Assembly: GCF_006345805.1 (NCBI RefSeq)
Contig: NC_042998.1
Coordinates: 39,246,001 to 39,310,000 of the forward strand
Origin: Octopus sinensis
Taxonomy: Eukaryota
Length of the DNA: 64,000 bases
Direction: 5' to 3'
Shown: positions 1 to 12,417 of the stretch, piece after piece
Layout: every line of letters begins with the position of its first letter
How positions within the stretch are numbered: the first letter of the stretch is position 1
The notes under the pieces: model-generated
Told to the model about the DNA's origin: nothing
Databases searched by the model: none
Seen by the model: only the letters and a program-made list of their open reading frames with translations
Position numbers and translations under genes: made by a program

Positions 1-127
1 AGAGAAGTTCTGGAGCTGATAAAATCCCATCTGTTTCTTGCTCTGATAATTCTGAAAGATTAATGGATATTTTACAGCAATATTAATTGTAGTCTCAATA
101 TCAATCATTTTATATCTTTACTTTCAG

Positions 128-1384
128 GTCTCATCTGGTCTCGCTATTCAATGGTTATAATCCCTAAAAACTACAGTTTGTTTGCTGTAAATATATTTGT
201 AGCTCTCACTGGAATGTATCAGTTGAAGAGGATTTTCATGTAAGTTTTCTATTTTCACTTACAGATATTTAGCATCCGTTGCTTTATAAATCACAGGTTT
301 TTACATTATTTTTAAAGTTGATTCATCTTCATTGCCAATGAAATCGTTTCTCTGACTAATTAATATCAACATTCCTGAGTCTTGTTTGAATATGTAAAAC
401 AAATTTTTCAATAATTTAAACCCCTTTTCTCATTGGGTGCACGTGTACTTTTTGATATCACCTCATACATAAACACACATACACACACACACACATACAT
501 ACATTCATTCATACATACATACATACAGACATACATACATACATACAGACATACATACACAAACACACACATACATACATAGACAAATCAATTTACATAG
601 AACATAAAAAATATAGACTACCAAGGAGGGAGTGCATAGATGTCTCTCATGGCCACTCTTTACCGTGAACCTGGTCCTTAATAAAGCTTTCAAAGTTTAA
701 ATTCAACTCATTTGAGCACTACTACATGTCTTTATATTGGGCATCTCTGGCTCTCACCTTTTCACTGTAGATAATCATGTGTGTGTGTTGATGTGTGTAT
801 ACAGATATATAGGTATATCTATGTATGTGTGTTTCTGTGTTGGTGTATGGTTTCCTTTGTCTCTGGGTCTGTATATGTCTGTCTGTCAATTTATGTGTGT
901 GTGTGTGTGCAGGTGTGTATACCTACATACGATTGTATTTATATGTATGGGTTTCTTTCTCTTATGTATGCTTGTGTGTGTATAAGTGTGTATATGCGTC
1001 TGACTATGATATTAAGTGTGTCTAATCTGCTGTTCCTTTGTTACTTAAATAATTTCATATGACACTCTTTGCTCAGTTAATGCTTTGTGAGTTTTGAGTT
1101 CTAACACCAGGTTGTTAGTATCACAATACCTGAGTGAAATATTAACTCTTGTGTGTATGTGTGTGAGTGTGCTTGTTGGTGTACATGTGCATGCATGTGT
1201 TTGTGTACATGTGCTTGTGTGTGTGCATGCATCAGGTGCCCTTGCTAGTGTCTTTCAAAATCTCTCCCATTCCAATTTTTTTAATTTTAATTTTCAGTTA
1301 TTTGCTTTTTTAAGTTTCTCTTTTCTGCTCTACAACTGAAATAATGTTTCTTTTTACAGGTACCGCAATTATCAACAGTCATGA
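128..1384 (+). CDS. MPC2: Mitochondrial pyruvate carrier 2, last two coding exons (128-239 and 1360-1384); the 5' part lies upstream of the window
   Basis: Exon 128-239 (ttttcag|, |gtaagt) reads GLIWSRYSMVIIPKNYSLFAVNIFVALTGMYQLKRIF, matching the MPC2/BRP44 motif GLIWSRYSxVIIPKNxSLFAVN. The phase-2 join to exon 1360-1384 (tttttacag|) gives MYRNYQQS-stop. AATAAA at 1504-1509. Confidence 0.92.
460..1230. repeat. Compound (CA)n/(TG)n/(TACA)n microsatellite-rich stretch in the last MPC2 intron
   Basis: Direct reading; it accounts for the Val/Cys/Tyr-rich spurious ORFs in this region. Confidence 0.85.
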
Positions 1385-1568
1385 TTTGGAAATACTGCAA
1401 AATATAGGAATTTTGATTTGAAATGCTCATTATTATTAAAGGAAGATTTATTTAAATTTTTGGAATAATTATTTGTTGATTTACAAAATGACCATGTTAA
1501 AGCAATAAATTAAATTACATATATTAAACATTTGTTGTTGTTGTTATATTTAGCCCCCACCCCTTTAA

Positions 1569-1784
1569 CCCTTTCACTACCAACCCAGCTGAAACCACCT
1601 CTGGCCCTGTAGTACAAAATGTCTTGTTTTCATAAGTTTTGAATTAAAATCTTCCACCAAACCTTAGTCACAATTTATGTTCCTAACTGAATGATAACCA
1701 AGTTATTTTACTAAATTTTTTGTTATATTTAAAGTAATTGAAAGAAATACAGAGCATCTCAAAATAAATACAGTAATGAAAGGG
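1569..1784. mobile_element. piggyBac-type MITE
   Basis: TTAA|CCCTTTCACTAC...GTAATGAAAGGG terminal inverted repeats; the right TTAA is not intact. Confidence 0.55.
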
Positions 1785-2485
1785 ATATGATTCCGCAAGA
1801 AATTGTTGTTGACAAACAACCGCAGAATTTGTATTCACCTCAATAGACATCATTGATTGGTTGAAATTGCCGAAATGCAAGAAATAGGTTACAAACTACA
1901 GAATTTTCTCAAGAAAGCCAAGAGAAAAAGATGTTTTATGTAACACATTCTACCAGTATACGAAGTTTAAAAGTGTTTAGTTATAAAGAAATTATTTTTA
2001 AAATCTGCCGGTCAAAGTGCAAAGATCCACAAGTTGACACCAGGACTTATTCTATCGGACCCTTACGTCGAACTGCTAAGTTACGGGGACATAATTACAC
2101 AAGCATTGGTTGTCAAGCGATGGCGGGGGACCAAATAGATGAAGTTTCTGTCTACCAAATTCACTCACAAGGCTTTAGTCGGCCCAAGGCTATAAAAGCA
2201 GACACTTTCCCAAGGTGCCATGCAGTGGGACTGAACCCTGAACCATGTGGTTGAGAAGCAAGCTTCTTATCACACAGCCACACCTGCTCATATATATATA
2301 TATATATGCACACACAAAGAGAGAGGGAGATAAAGTGAAACAGACTTTGGGACCTCACCTGCCCCTAACTGAGATTCAAAACTGAATTTGTAATTTCCCC
2401 CTAGCCATACACCTTATTGTTCTGTCAGGGATAAACGCTGATATCTGTGTGGCTTCTACTTGACTCTGGACCTTTTCTATGCCAT

Positions 2486-4415
2486 TGTAGCATGTCTGTA
2501 TTAGCATTGGTTTAAACAGGCATTTTTGATCCCAGAGTAGGCTCTGACGACACTGTAAGTTTACAGCTCTACTCGGTCTGTGATTGGCTGAATAAACAGG
2601 CGCTCTCTGCTACGTCCGATTGTCACTTATACAATGTAGCTGTCGCCAAGTTCAATCGAGTTCCTTGTCTCGCTTCTTTAAAGGGCTCGTTCTTCCGCGT
2701 GTGCCGCCAGTATAGACCAAACTCGATGTCTTTATCTCATGCTAACTAGAAACACTTCTATCAAGTCTCTTTCTATATCCACGAAGCACAACTAACGTCT
2801 TCACACATTCATTCACTGCTACCACGCTACAGACATCTCTATAAAACATTGTACTTAACCCACACTGCTGTGAATAAAGCTTAACTACTGAACGAGAGCG
2901 AGTTCTTGTCTTATATCACCACACAACTAACGAACACAGATGGCGAAGTTTGTCTGCCAAACATTGCTATCAACAACTACCGTCGCCGACATCGTCATTT
3001 TCAACCAACAACCATGGAGTCAAGTCGACGTGAGAACAATTTTTGTTAAACAAATAACCATCAGACAACGTTAAGGTGGTGGTGGTATCAACAAACCGCC
3101 ACACTGGTGACCTCAGAACCTTATAGCCACATAGCAAACCTCCTTGCTAAAGCGGTGTAGAACGACCGTGCGAAAGGAGAGGTGACGAATGAATGACTCC
3201 TTTAAACACCATACTCTGTTTTGCTACACATTTCTTTGCATTTATTTCACTATGTTACATTCAGTGGCTATGTTGTCTATATTGTCATACTTCATGCATT
3301 CACTCTACATAACACGACATGTTACACAATATATAACACATGTGGGTTATTCTGCTTTCTCTGAAGCCTTTTCCATTCCGGCAAAAAGCTGTTTTACGTG
3401 TTTTGTTTTGTGTTTTCTTCGCTGGTTTGCAGGGCGCACAAAACCACCTTATCAGCGCATTTTTCTTTGCTTTACGTAGCATTCCATGCATTTTCTTCCT
3501 TTGGTGACCAACACCAAATTTCCTGCATGTTGGAACTTCTTTCTTTATGCTGCCATCTTCATGGCTTGACTCACTTCGCTAGTATCTCACATTGTCACTT
3601 CTGTAAGATTATTGCTCGGCTTCTATTAGTTACTTTTCCAGCACTTACAAACTTGTCAACCTCTGCAAACGAACCACCGCTTTTTGCAGGCAACTTCTTG
3701 GGACTGCTCGTTCTCACGGCAGCCAATATTCTTCTCTCATGTACCTTGATTTTTCGCATCCCAAGGTTCATCACGCTTGCACATCAAGTTTTGCTGGCTA
3801 CTCGACTTTGTTCGTCTCTCTTTGAGCTTTGGACTTTCATAAGACCTATTCGGGGGTCAGGCAGCGTTATGAAAGTTCTCTCGCACTCTTGTGCATTACT
3901 CATTCGAAGCACGGTGCTCTCTCACACCTATTTTTTAATCCTTCTTTCCATGCTACATTTCTTTCATTCATTTCACCTGCTGGTTTATTCTCTGGGGGTG
4001 GCTCTGTAGCATGTCTGTATTAGCATTGGTTCAAAACATGCATTTTTGATCGATAACATCACTCTGCTTGTCTGTTTCTCTCTCTCTCTCTCCTCTCTCT
4101 CTCTCCTCTCTCTCTCTCTCTGCTGCTGCTGCTTAAATGACCCGAGAATGTAAGTCTTACGCCATCCACTTGCTAAACTTACATTCACTCTATCTTCCTC
4201 TGATTCCTGTTTTAGCATCAAACACGAAAACAACAACATTCATACAGAAGAATATAACTCTCGTTACTCTGTGTGCTTTCTGTCTGCTTTTTATACACAC
4301 CAGCCCGTCGTGGTTTAGCTTTAATTATAAGGGAGAAATAAAATATGTCAACCACAATTTCGGCCACGGTCTTTCATCATCATCTTTGCTTTCAGCATAG
4401 ACAGCAACTGTTACA
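2486..4415 (+). mobile_element. Degenerate LTR-retroelement-like modules
   Basis: A direct repeat of about 45 bp starting TGTAGCATGTCTGTATTAGCATTGG at 2486 and 4005. The modules end in CA (3103, 4415) and are followed by TGG PBS-like motifs; a G-rich tract precedes 4005. No recognisable gag or pol. Confidence 0.4.
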
Positions 4416-7400
4416 TTCTGGCAACCACTCCGTTACAAGACGTTCGTCGATGTCGTGAACAGCTGCCCTGCTGAATATAAACTCTGTATACAAGCTCTTC
4501 TATGTAGACCATGACCCAAGCGAGGTGGTATTGAGGAATGAGGATAAATAACTGGAGGTAAGAGGGCAGAAAGCATAGTCTGGATACTTTATGGGAAATG
4601 CCAGAAGAATATAGCAAGCAGTGTTAAGAAGTATAACGAAGCTATGAAGCCAGTTCAGTAGAAGATGGAAAGTAAAAGCAAGGCAACTTAAGCTGTCGTT
4701 GAGTGTTAAGAACTGACTCGCACATAGAAATAAATTGCAGAAGCCACAGAATTTGGGCGCATCTCTGTAAAAATGGATTGTTTGTATGTCTTTGTATTGC
4801 AACATTGTTGTAGTGTGATGGGGGGAAAGGACAACAGAAAAAGAAGCAAACGGGAGAAAAGGCCTTACCTGTTGACCTCGGCGAAACCAGCGGTCACTCT
4901 CACGAATCAAACACGTCTTGTCTCGCTGCCGTCTCTGCTCGAACTGAACCCACGTGCTTCTTGCCCACGCATGCTCTCTACCTGTGTCACAGGCCCCTGC
5001 AGTTCTACCTCATCTGCAATCCCCTCCACCAACACCACATAGCTCCATCACAGCCCATAACACCACAGTTGTTTAAGCTCATCGTGTGTGTTTTTCTCCA
5101 CCACTGCTTGACAACCGGTGAGGGTTTCTTTACGTCCCCGTAACTAAGCACACGGTAAAAAAGATACCGATAGAGAAAGTACCCGTGTCGAATGGTGGTT
5201 GCCGTATTGGGTGTGCTCCCTCACTCAATGAGTAAGATTGATATTTATAATGAATTTGCCATTTTCGATAGGTGTGCAAGGCACCCCTGGAATATACGCC
5301 ACTAGTAAGTACCCGGCTTAGAAACAAAATAAGAATCGAGGTCGATTTATTCGACAAAAAAAAATTCTTCAAGGCGGTGCTCCAGAATGGCCGCAGTTTC
5401 ATGACTAAAACAAGTACAAGATAGACGATATATTGAAATACTCTTTCCATTCTTCAATCGTTTGAACAATCGGCAACGTTAAACGCAGAGTAACAATTCA
5501 AGAAATTTCAGTTGCTTATGTGTGTATTTGTGTTCTTCTATTCTTTTACTAGTATCAGTCGCTCGATGCGTCCATGCTGAGACACGATACAGATTTATTG
5601 GATAGGTTTTAGACAAAAACTCATTTGCTTTGTCTATTCACACAACAATGGGTCGACCTCATTTGATATTTAATGCACTTTACAATTATTATGAAACAAA
5701 CCAAAAAGCACTGTATTGTTGTTTAGATTTAGCCGAGACCATCCCATATTTTGCGAAAGCGCAGAGAATCCAGAACCACATTATCCAAGTATCCATTTTT
5801 AAAGCGGTAGAGCTAATTTGAGGGATATTTGGTTGTTATTTCAAGCAGAGCGAGTTCTTTCGTTGACATAAATTGCTGTTGATGTTGTGATAGAAAAAAA
5901 ACAAAAACAAATGGAAAAGTCGCTGTCTCTCTCTCCCCAACCTATACACTCTCTTACCTATTCTCACGCAAAAATGTTGGTCGACGTCTGAATCCGCAAC
6001 CAACGTAACACTGACATTCGATATAACATTTATTTCTACGACAGAGTTGTAATTTCGGATAATTATTTTAGAATTTACCCCTCAAATTACCAACGGTTGG
6101 TGTCAAATGCGACTTTGCAACCATTTTCGGAAGGCATTTCTCTCCTCACAGATTCACTAACGGATGTATACAATTTAAGTAATTTCTTGTGTGCGTGTGT
6201 GTACGCGTGCGCGCGCGTTACTTCTGATTATTCAATAACATATCTTTTGGATAACTTACAGCCTCAGCTCGTTTATTTACTCTTGCTCTTTCTGGACATT
6301 CCAAACTAGTAAAATGGTGTTTGGTGTCTTTCCCTGTGATGTCTTGTTTGTAATAGCAAACTTCATAATCCAATCTCAAGCCTTCGAAGAACGTAAGTCC
6401 TTCCATATTCTTTTTCTTACTTTATTTATTGTCTTTCTATGATTTCTCAATATAACGCAAGACCACAACGATTTCGAAGACAGGTAGAATCGATTAAATT
6501 GATCGTTGTTGATACGCGATGGACTTCCAAAATTCAAGGGACTTTGCCATTGATCGTCTTGATCAGAGCTTAAGTTTGTCGCGAGTTAGCGCTGTCATGT
6601 TTTGCACCAATGTCGCAAGGGATGCTAAATTATTATGGATTAAGCTGGCTGCGTATGTAAGAACAAAACTCGTGAACATTTAACAATAAATTTATTTAAG
6701 AGAAGGCTGAACATTTATAGATGTGAACTTTCAAATGCTCCCCAGAGAGAGAGAGAGACTTTCAAATATTAATGGCTTACTCTAGAGACGAGAGCGAATT
6801 GGTCTTGGGTAGAAATTGAGATGTGAGTTTATCTGAATCTATTCACATTTCTGGAAGTGAAATAAGGTATCTTTGTGTTTGCTCAACCATCTTGGGGGTA
6901 AAAGACAAAGAAATATGAGTCCGCCGAATATTGCTGAAGCTCTGTCCTTAGATTGTGTGACAAGTGGTGTTTTTTTATAACACGGTCGCGCAGGGACGTA
7001 GCATCATGCGTGGCTCTCCGTTGAGTTTCTCACCTTCTGCGATTACCCTGGCCTGCTTGGCAGGAGGAGAGGCGTTTGAATCCTTCGGCGAAAATGTTTA
7101 ATGCCGAACTCCTTAACTGGAGAAAAGGACGCGAATCTCAAGGATTTTCCCTTTATTCAAACTTTGTGGCTTGATCTCCTGGAAGTCGGTTGGTTAATAA
7201 ATAAAACATGTGGTTCGTTCATCATTGCAAACCGATAATTTAGAAAAGGTTTTCGAATCCTATTATTCGCTACAGGTTAAACAACACTGGAGTAATAAAA
7301 GGAAGATTCGGAACCGATGAAACGTGAACTCTGACCAAGGTATGAAACAAAGTATTTTTAGTCTCACAGCCTACAATCTGGAAACTTGAACGCTTCCATA

Positions 7401-9224
7401 TACGATCTACAGGCCATAGAAGCGCTAATTTTCAAGGAGAATTACTACACACAATAAGCCCATGACTAGCTGAGTGCACAAATGTATACTAAATGTGCAT
7501 TGGATACTTATAATTGTAAAACTTGTATACACTTCGCAAAGCTAGACATTTAAGATACTTAAACTATGTTTGAATGAAGTAATGAACCTTTTATCTGTTA
7601 CCAATTCGCACATTTAGACGTGAGGTGGGCAACAAGCTTAAGAAGCGACAAACCTTCTTGAGTAGGATCTCAATAAGCTGGAAATAATTATGCTATTGCT
7701 GGGGCTAAAAGCATCCAATCAAAATATAAACTTAGATTTTGGTTTCAAATATTGGCACAAGGTCAGCAATTCCGGAGAGGTGGGGGTTGTCGATTATATC
7801 GACCTCAGTACTCAACAGGTACTTATTTTAACGACCTCAAAAGAATGAAAGGCAAAGTCGACCTCGGCGGAATTTGAACTCAGAACGTAAACACGGACGG
7901 CACGGCACCAAGCATGTTGCTCGGTGTGCTAACGATTCTGTCAGTTCGCCGCCTTTAAATCGTTTAGATTTTGAAAGAACGTTAAATGATACACTAACGA
8001 CATCGTAAAACACACAAGTGAATATATCTTATTGTTTTAAATGGCAAATATGAATTAATCGTATTAAATTCGAAACATATTTCTGATATGCTGAAAATTG
8101 CTCATTAAATAGGAGTTGGTGCCTGCAGTCTTACCCAACCAGGAACAGTTGTCGTGGAGGCATTGGAAAACACTGTCATTTAATGTTGATATGTAACGAT
8201 GGCTTTACTCAATGCTTATCTGGCCAAAGTTCAATGTAATGCCCCATGACTTAGCTAGGCTAGTGTGTATGCGCCCTTGAGTTTGCCCTTTCGCCCTTCG
8301 AGACCCAAAAGTGCCGCCTTCATAAACGCCACCCGGGGGCGAGACGTTCCCCCTTGCCGCCAAACTACTCTACTGTGTAATGAAGATAAAAGAGATGAAT
8401 ACACATCTTTTAAAAATTTGATCACTAATTTTATTTCCTTCTGAATAAAATTTGCACATTTAGGTTTATGAGGAAAACAAGAAAGATTAATTTGTATCCG
8501 AGAATACCATTGATGTTTCAGGACATCTAACGAAGGGCAACAGTTGATGACTTCGGTCCGAACCAGATTAATAGACTTACACTCTCGCTAAGATGAATGT
8601 TGGAAGAACAAGGGAAGAAATAGCTGAAATTTTCAGTTGGGACTTTTATTACATTCACCATGAATCAGTGTAGAAACAAGCAAGTTGTTTGTGCCATTGT
8701 GAAAAGAAGTAGTCGTCGAAAACATGGAGTTTGTGATCCGATTTCAATTCCCGGTTGAAACATATTTAGTTTCACTTACAAAATCTGGAATGTCCTGTGT
8801 CTAATGATAACAATCATTTTATTTACGAAGCTGAGCTAAAGAAATCAATGTTGAAATTGTTTCATATTTGCAACTCCGTTTCAGGCTTTCGTTTACAACT
8901 GCATAACACGTTAAGGGAATCCTATAATCTGGTAGCATCAGCACCGACATAATCTTGTTATTGGTTTGTTTTATCGTTTAGGTTGATTATAAAACATATT
9001 CATCGTAATTTAATGTCCGTTTTCCATGGATTGGACCGTTTAATAGTAACTGCGAAGCTGGAGTGCTGCATCACGCTCCAATTGTCTTCTTTTGGTATGG
9101 TTTCTGTGGCTGGATGCCCTTCAAGACGCTCACTGTCGCACATCCAGCGAAGCATACAAGCTTTATTTCTTTCAAGCCTTTGCAGTTACAACCCATGTTT
9201 CACGACCGTGTAGCATGGATGTTT

Positions 9225-10560
9225 GTACACAGGCATCACACTGAAAGAGGGAGAGACCCTTTCTTGCATCAAAGGTAGCTCTCTGAACTTTGTCCAGCCT
9301 ATTCTTCTTCTAACAGCTCCACCTCCACTGCTGACTTGGTCACCCAGACAACAAAAGCTATCAACTGTTTCTAGGTATCATCCCTGACTTTTGATGCAGT
9401 CTATTTTCTGTACATTACTAGTGTTTATTGTACCCGTGCATCTGCCACACACTATTTTCCCGTTAACCTTCTTCTGATATTGCTGCACTTCTTGTATCTC
9501 CATCGCTTACACTGGGTACATCTTATGGGAGTTTCTACCTATGGAGCAGGGCCATCTACCTATAGATTTGTCTACTTTCCTATTTACTAAAACTTTGGCT
9601 TTTACGAAATTAACTCTAAGGCCCTTTGATTCCAGACCATGCTTCCACTCCTGGTAGTGATTCAGCTATAAAAGACCATCAGTGTAGAGAAACTCCCAGG
9701 GGCATCCTGTCTTGAATTCCTGTTATTGCCTGCAGAGGACTATGATGAAAGGGTGACCTCTCTCTTGTACTCTGAATTCATCTCTATATTCGTTGCCAAT
9801 CCACACCTTACTGACAGCGTCTCAGTACATGGCTCGTACAGCTCTCATCAGCCACTTGTCTATACTTAGCTCCTGTAATGACCACCAGATAAGGAGGATT
9901 CTATCGAAGGCTTTCTCCATATCAACGAAAGCCAAGGACAGGTTCGTTTTTGGCTAGGTACTTCTCCTGTAGTTGTGGTGTTTCCCCCTGACACAAAACC
10001 AAACTGCATCTCAAGATTTTCTTCCTAATTAGTTGGACTATGGCCCTTTCTGTAACTTTCATCACCTGATCCAACAGTTTGATACCTCTGTAATTATTTC
10101 TAAGACGCCACCTTTGCCTTTGTAGCAGTTGAGTAGGACTCCCTTGTGTACAACCTCACTAACCATACGGGTGACAAGACCTTAACCCACAGCACCAGGT
10201 ATTTTAAGCATCTCAGTAGCGATTTCTGATGGGACAGGGCTTTCTCCACCTTCATGGCTTTATCTACAAAGCTCGTGTCTACTTGGATTGCTGGTCCTTG
10301 TTGGATCTACATTAGACAGCCCCTCCTTTCTCAACATTCAGCAGCCTTTCATAGTGGCACTTCCAAGCTTCTTTCTCAGCAGTCACTAACTGAAAGTGAA
10401 CCATCATCCAATACCACAAATTTGGCTGACATACTGCCTTGCTAGCTAAAACACATCAAGCCACCAGTCCCTATGCCACAGAACATTGGCAAACTTCTTC
10501 CTTTCTGCTCCCCCACCCCAGCTAGGTATACCTGCCTAATACTAACTATGCTTGATCTCC
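9225..10560 (-). mobile_element. Degenerate RTE LINE RT fragment
   Basis: Patchy nucleotide similarity to 57300-58600 (for example gggccatctacct, aaaggctttctccat, caaactgcatctc), with many stops and indels. Confidence 0.85.
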
Positions 10561-12417
10561 AATTTGGTTTTAAAGATCCCATTATCATTTAACGTCCGTT
10601 TTCCATGCTGGCATAGACTGGACGGTTTGACCAGAGCTGGCCAGCTGAAGGACTGCCCAGGCTCCCTATCTGTTTTGGTATGATTTCTATGGCTGGATGC
10701 CCCTTCTTGATGCCAACCACTCTACAGTGTACTGGGTGCCTCTATGCAGCACTGGCACAGGTGCGTTTACATGACACCAGTACCCAGATCCATGTCAAAC
10801 TGTTTTATGACTGGTGGTCTCGATTTTCGTCAACTTATTTCAAATCAGGATTAGAAAATGTATCAGATTTTAAAATAAGAATAATCCATTCACAGAGTTT
10901 GCCTAATTTAGTTTTCTTCTTTTTCTTAACGAGGAAAAGTTGGCTGGACCTCTTGGTATCCATGGAGACCCTGCAGTAATGAATGTGGGCAAGGCGTCCA
11001 GCATCGATTCCGTTGGTGCAACAATGGTACAAGAGAGACATGCATCGGAACCAGAGTTGATGTTCGGCCATGTGGAACGAAACACTGTCACAGTAAGTAA
11101 TTCTTTCAACTCTCAAATGCATAAGCGAAAATGTAAACTGAGTCAGGGGTGGGGAGGCTTCCATTCCCTGATAAAATCGATTCAATACAAAGCAAGGAAG
11201 TGAAGAGATTAACTTTGTTTCTGTGAATGTTTCTTACAGTCAGCAGACAATGCTACAGTTTATAGCAGCTTTCAGCTTATCCAGGAAATTTGCAAAAACC
11301 ATCCCAGCCATGGAATCAAGGCAGGTGGATGACTATCAAATATAACTGATGGAAATAATCTGAAGAAATCACAGACCAAGCACCACTGATATATATTGTC
11401 AAGTGCAGCAAGATGACAGATTTTGTTATCCAATAAATTGAATGCAATTGCCATCACTCTGCACCCTTTCAGTGGGGTTAAGTAATCAGATCAGAAAAAA
11501 CAGTCATGCAAGCAAACCCTGGATAATTGAAGTTGTGCTTTTACTAAATTTAGAATGCCCCAATCTTAAAGCAAACTAAAATAAACAAAGTCATACACGT
11601 TGATGAGGAAAAGAACAAATGATTATAGCAAGTTTTGAATTAGGAGCTGCATGGCAAGTAATCCAATAATCCTGTATTGTATTTTTTCTTTTCTTTACCA
11701 GATAACTTTGCAAAACTGAAGGAACTTTCAGTTTTCATATGGATAAACAGTTGCCTTGGATTCCTTTGCCTTTGTGGATTAACAGTGCTCTCAGTGACAA
11801 CCTTAAAACTCTGGCAAAAGAGACCACTAACAAGAATGAGGATTGTACAGAGCTAATAACTGTGCAGGGAAGATACCTGCCTTTTACTCCTATTTACAAT
11901 CAATACAAACGCACAGATTGCAGGGTGTGGGTGTGAACAACAACAAGAGTTATGTGAAAGAGTAAGCAGAGAAGTAAAAGAAATAATCTTACCAAGGTTC
12001 ATTCTGCATCCACAGCCTTGAAATACATTTTTGCTTTTTTTAATATATGGGTAGAAGAAAATATGCTTCAATGAATTTATTTACAATGTGTAAAATGATT
12101 TCCCCCTTGCTCTCTTGAGTCACAAAACCCCCATTAGAATAAAATAAAGTACCAATAATGTTCCACAGTATCTCCATATTGTCAGAACACATCATTCTGA
12201 AGAAAAACTGGCATAGAAAATACTTGGCTTCCATAAAGCTGAATTACAAGGACATTTTGTGGTGATGGGCAAATTTCATACAGCTTGGTGATTGCAGTAA
12301 CTGCAATCATTTCATGAGTCTTTATGCACAATTAGAGAGAAAGAGAGAGTGTGTGTGTAGGTCTTCAAGAGAGCTTAATAAAAGATTTATAAAATATAAG
12401 AAGTGTTTCATTTCTAA

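Noticed and set aside
505-1339. Several 60-90 aa ORFs rich in V/C/Y/M
   Set aside because: They are translations of (TG)n/(TATG)n microsatellites in the MPC2 intron. The same applies to similar ORFs at 27.9-28.3 kb and 50 kb.
3398-4009. 203-aa plus-strand ORF, with a Cys-rich patch on the opposite strand
   Set aside because: L/S/F-rich with no motif, typical of antisense to purine-rich DNA. The minus-strand CMEC...CVTC patch is broken by stops and too weak to call a piggyBac CRD.
8544-8563. TTGATGA-CTTCGG-TCCGAAC, hammerhead-like with a C(UUCG)G loop
   Set aside because: Core positions C3 and GAAA are altered and no stems I/III were found.
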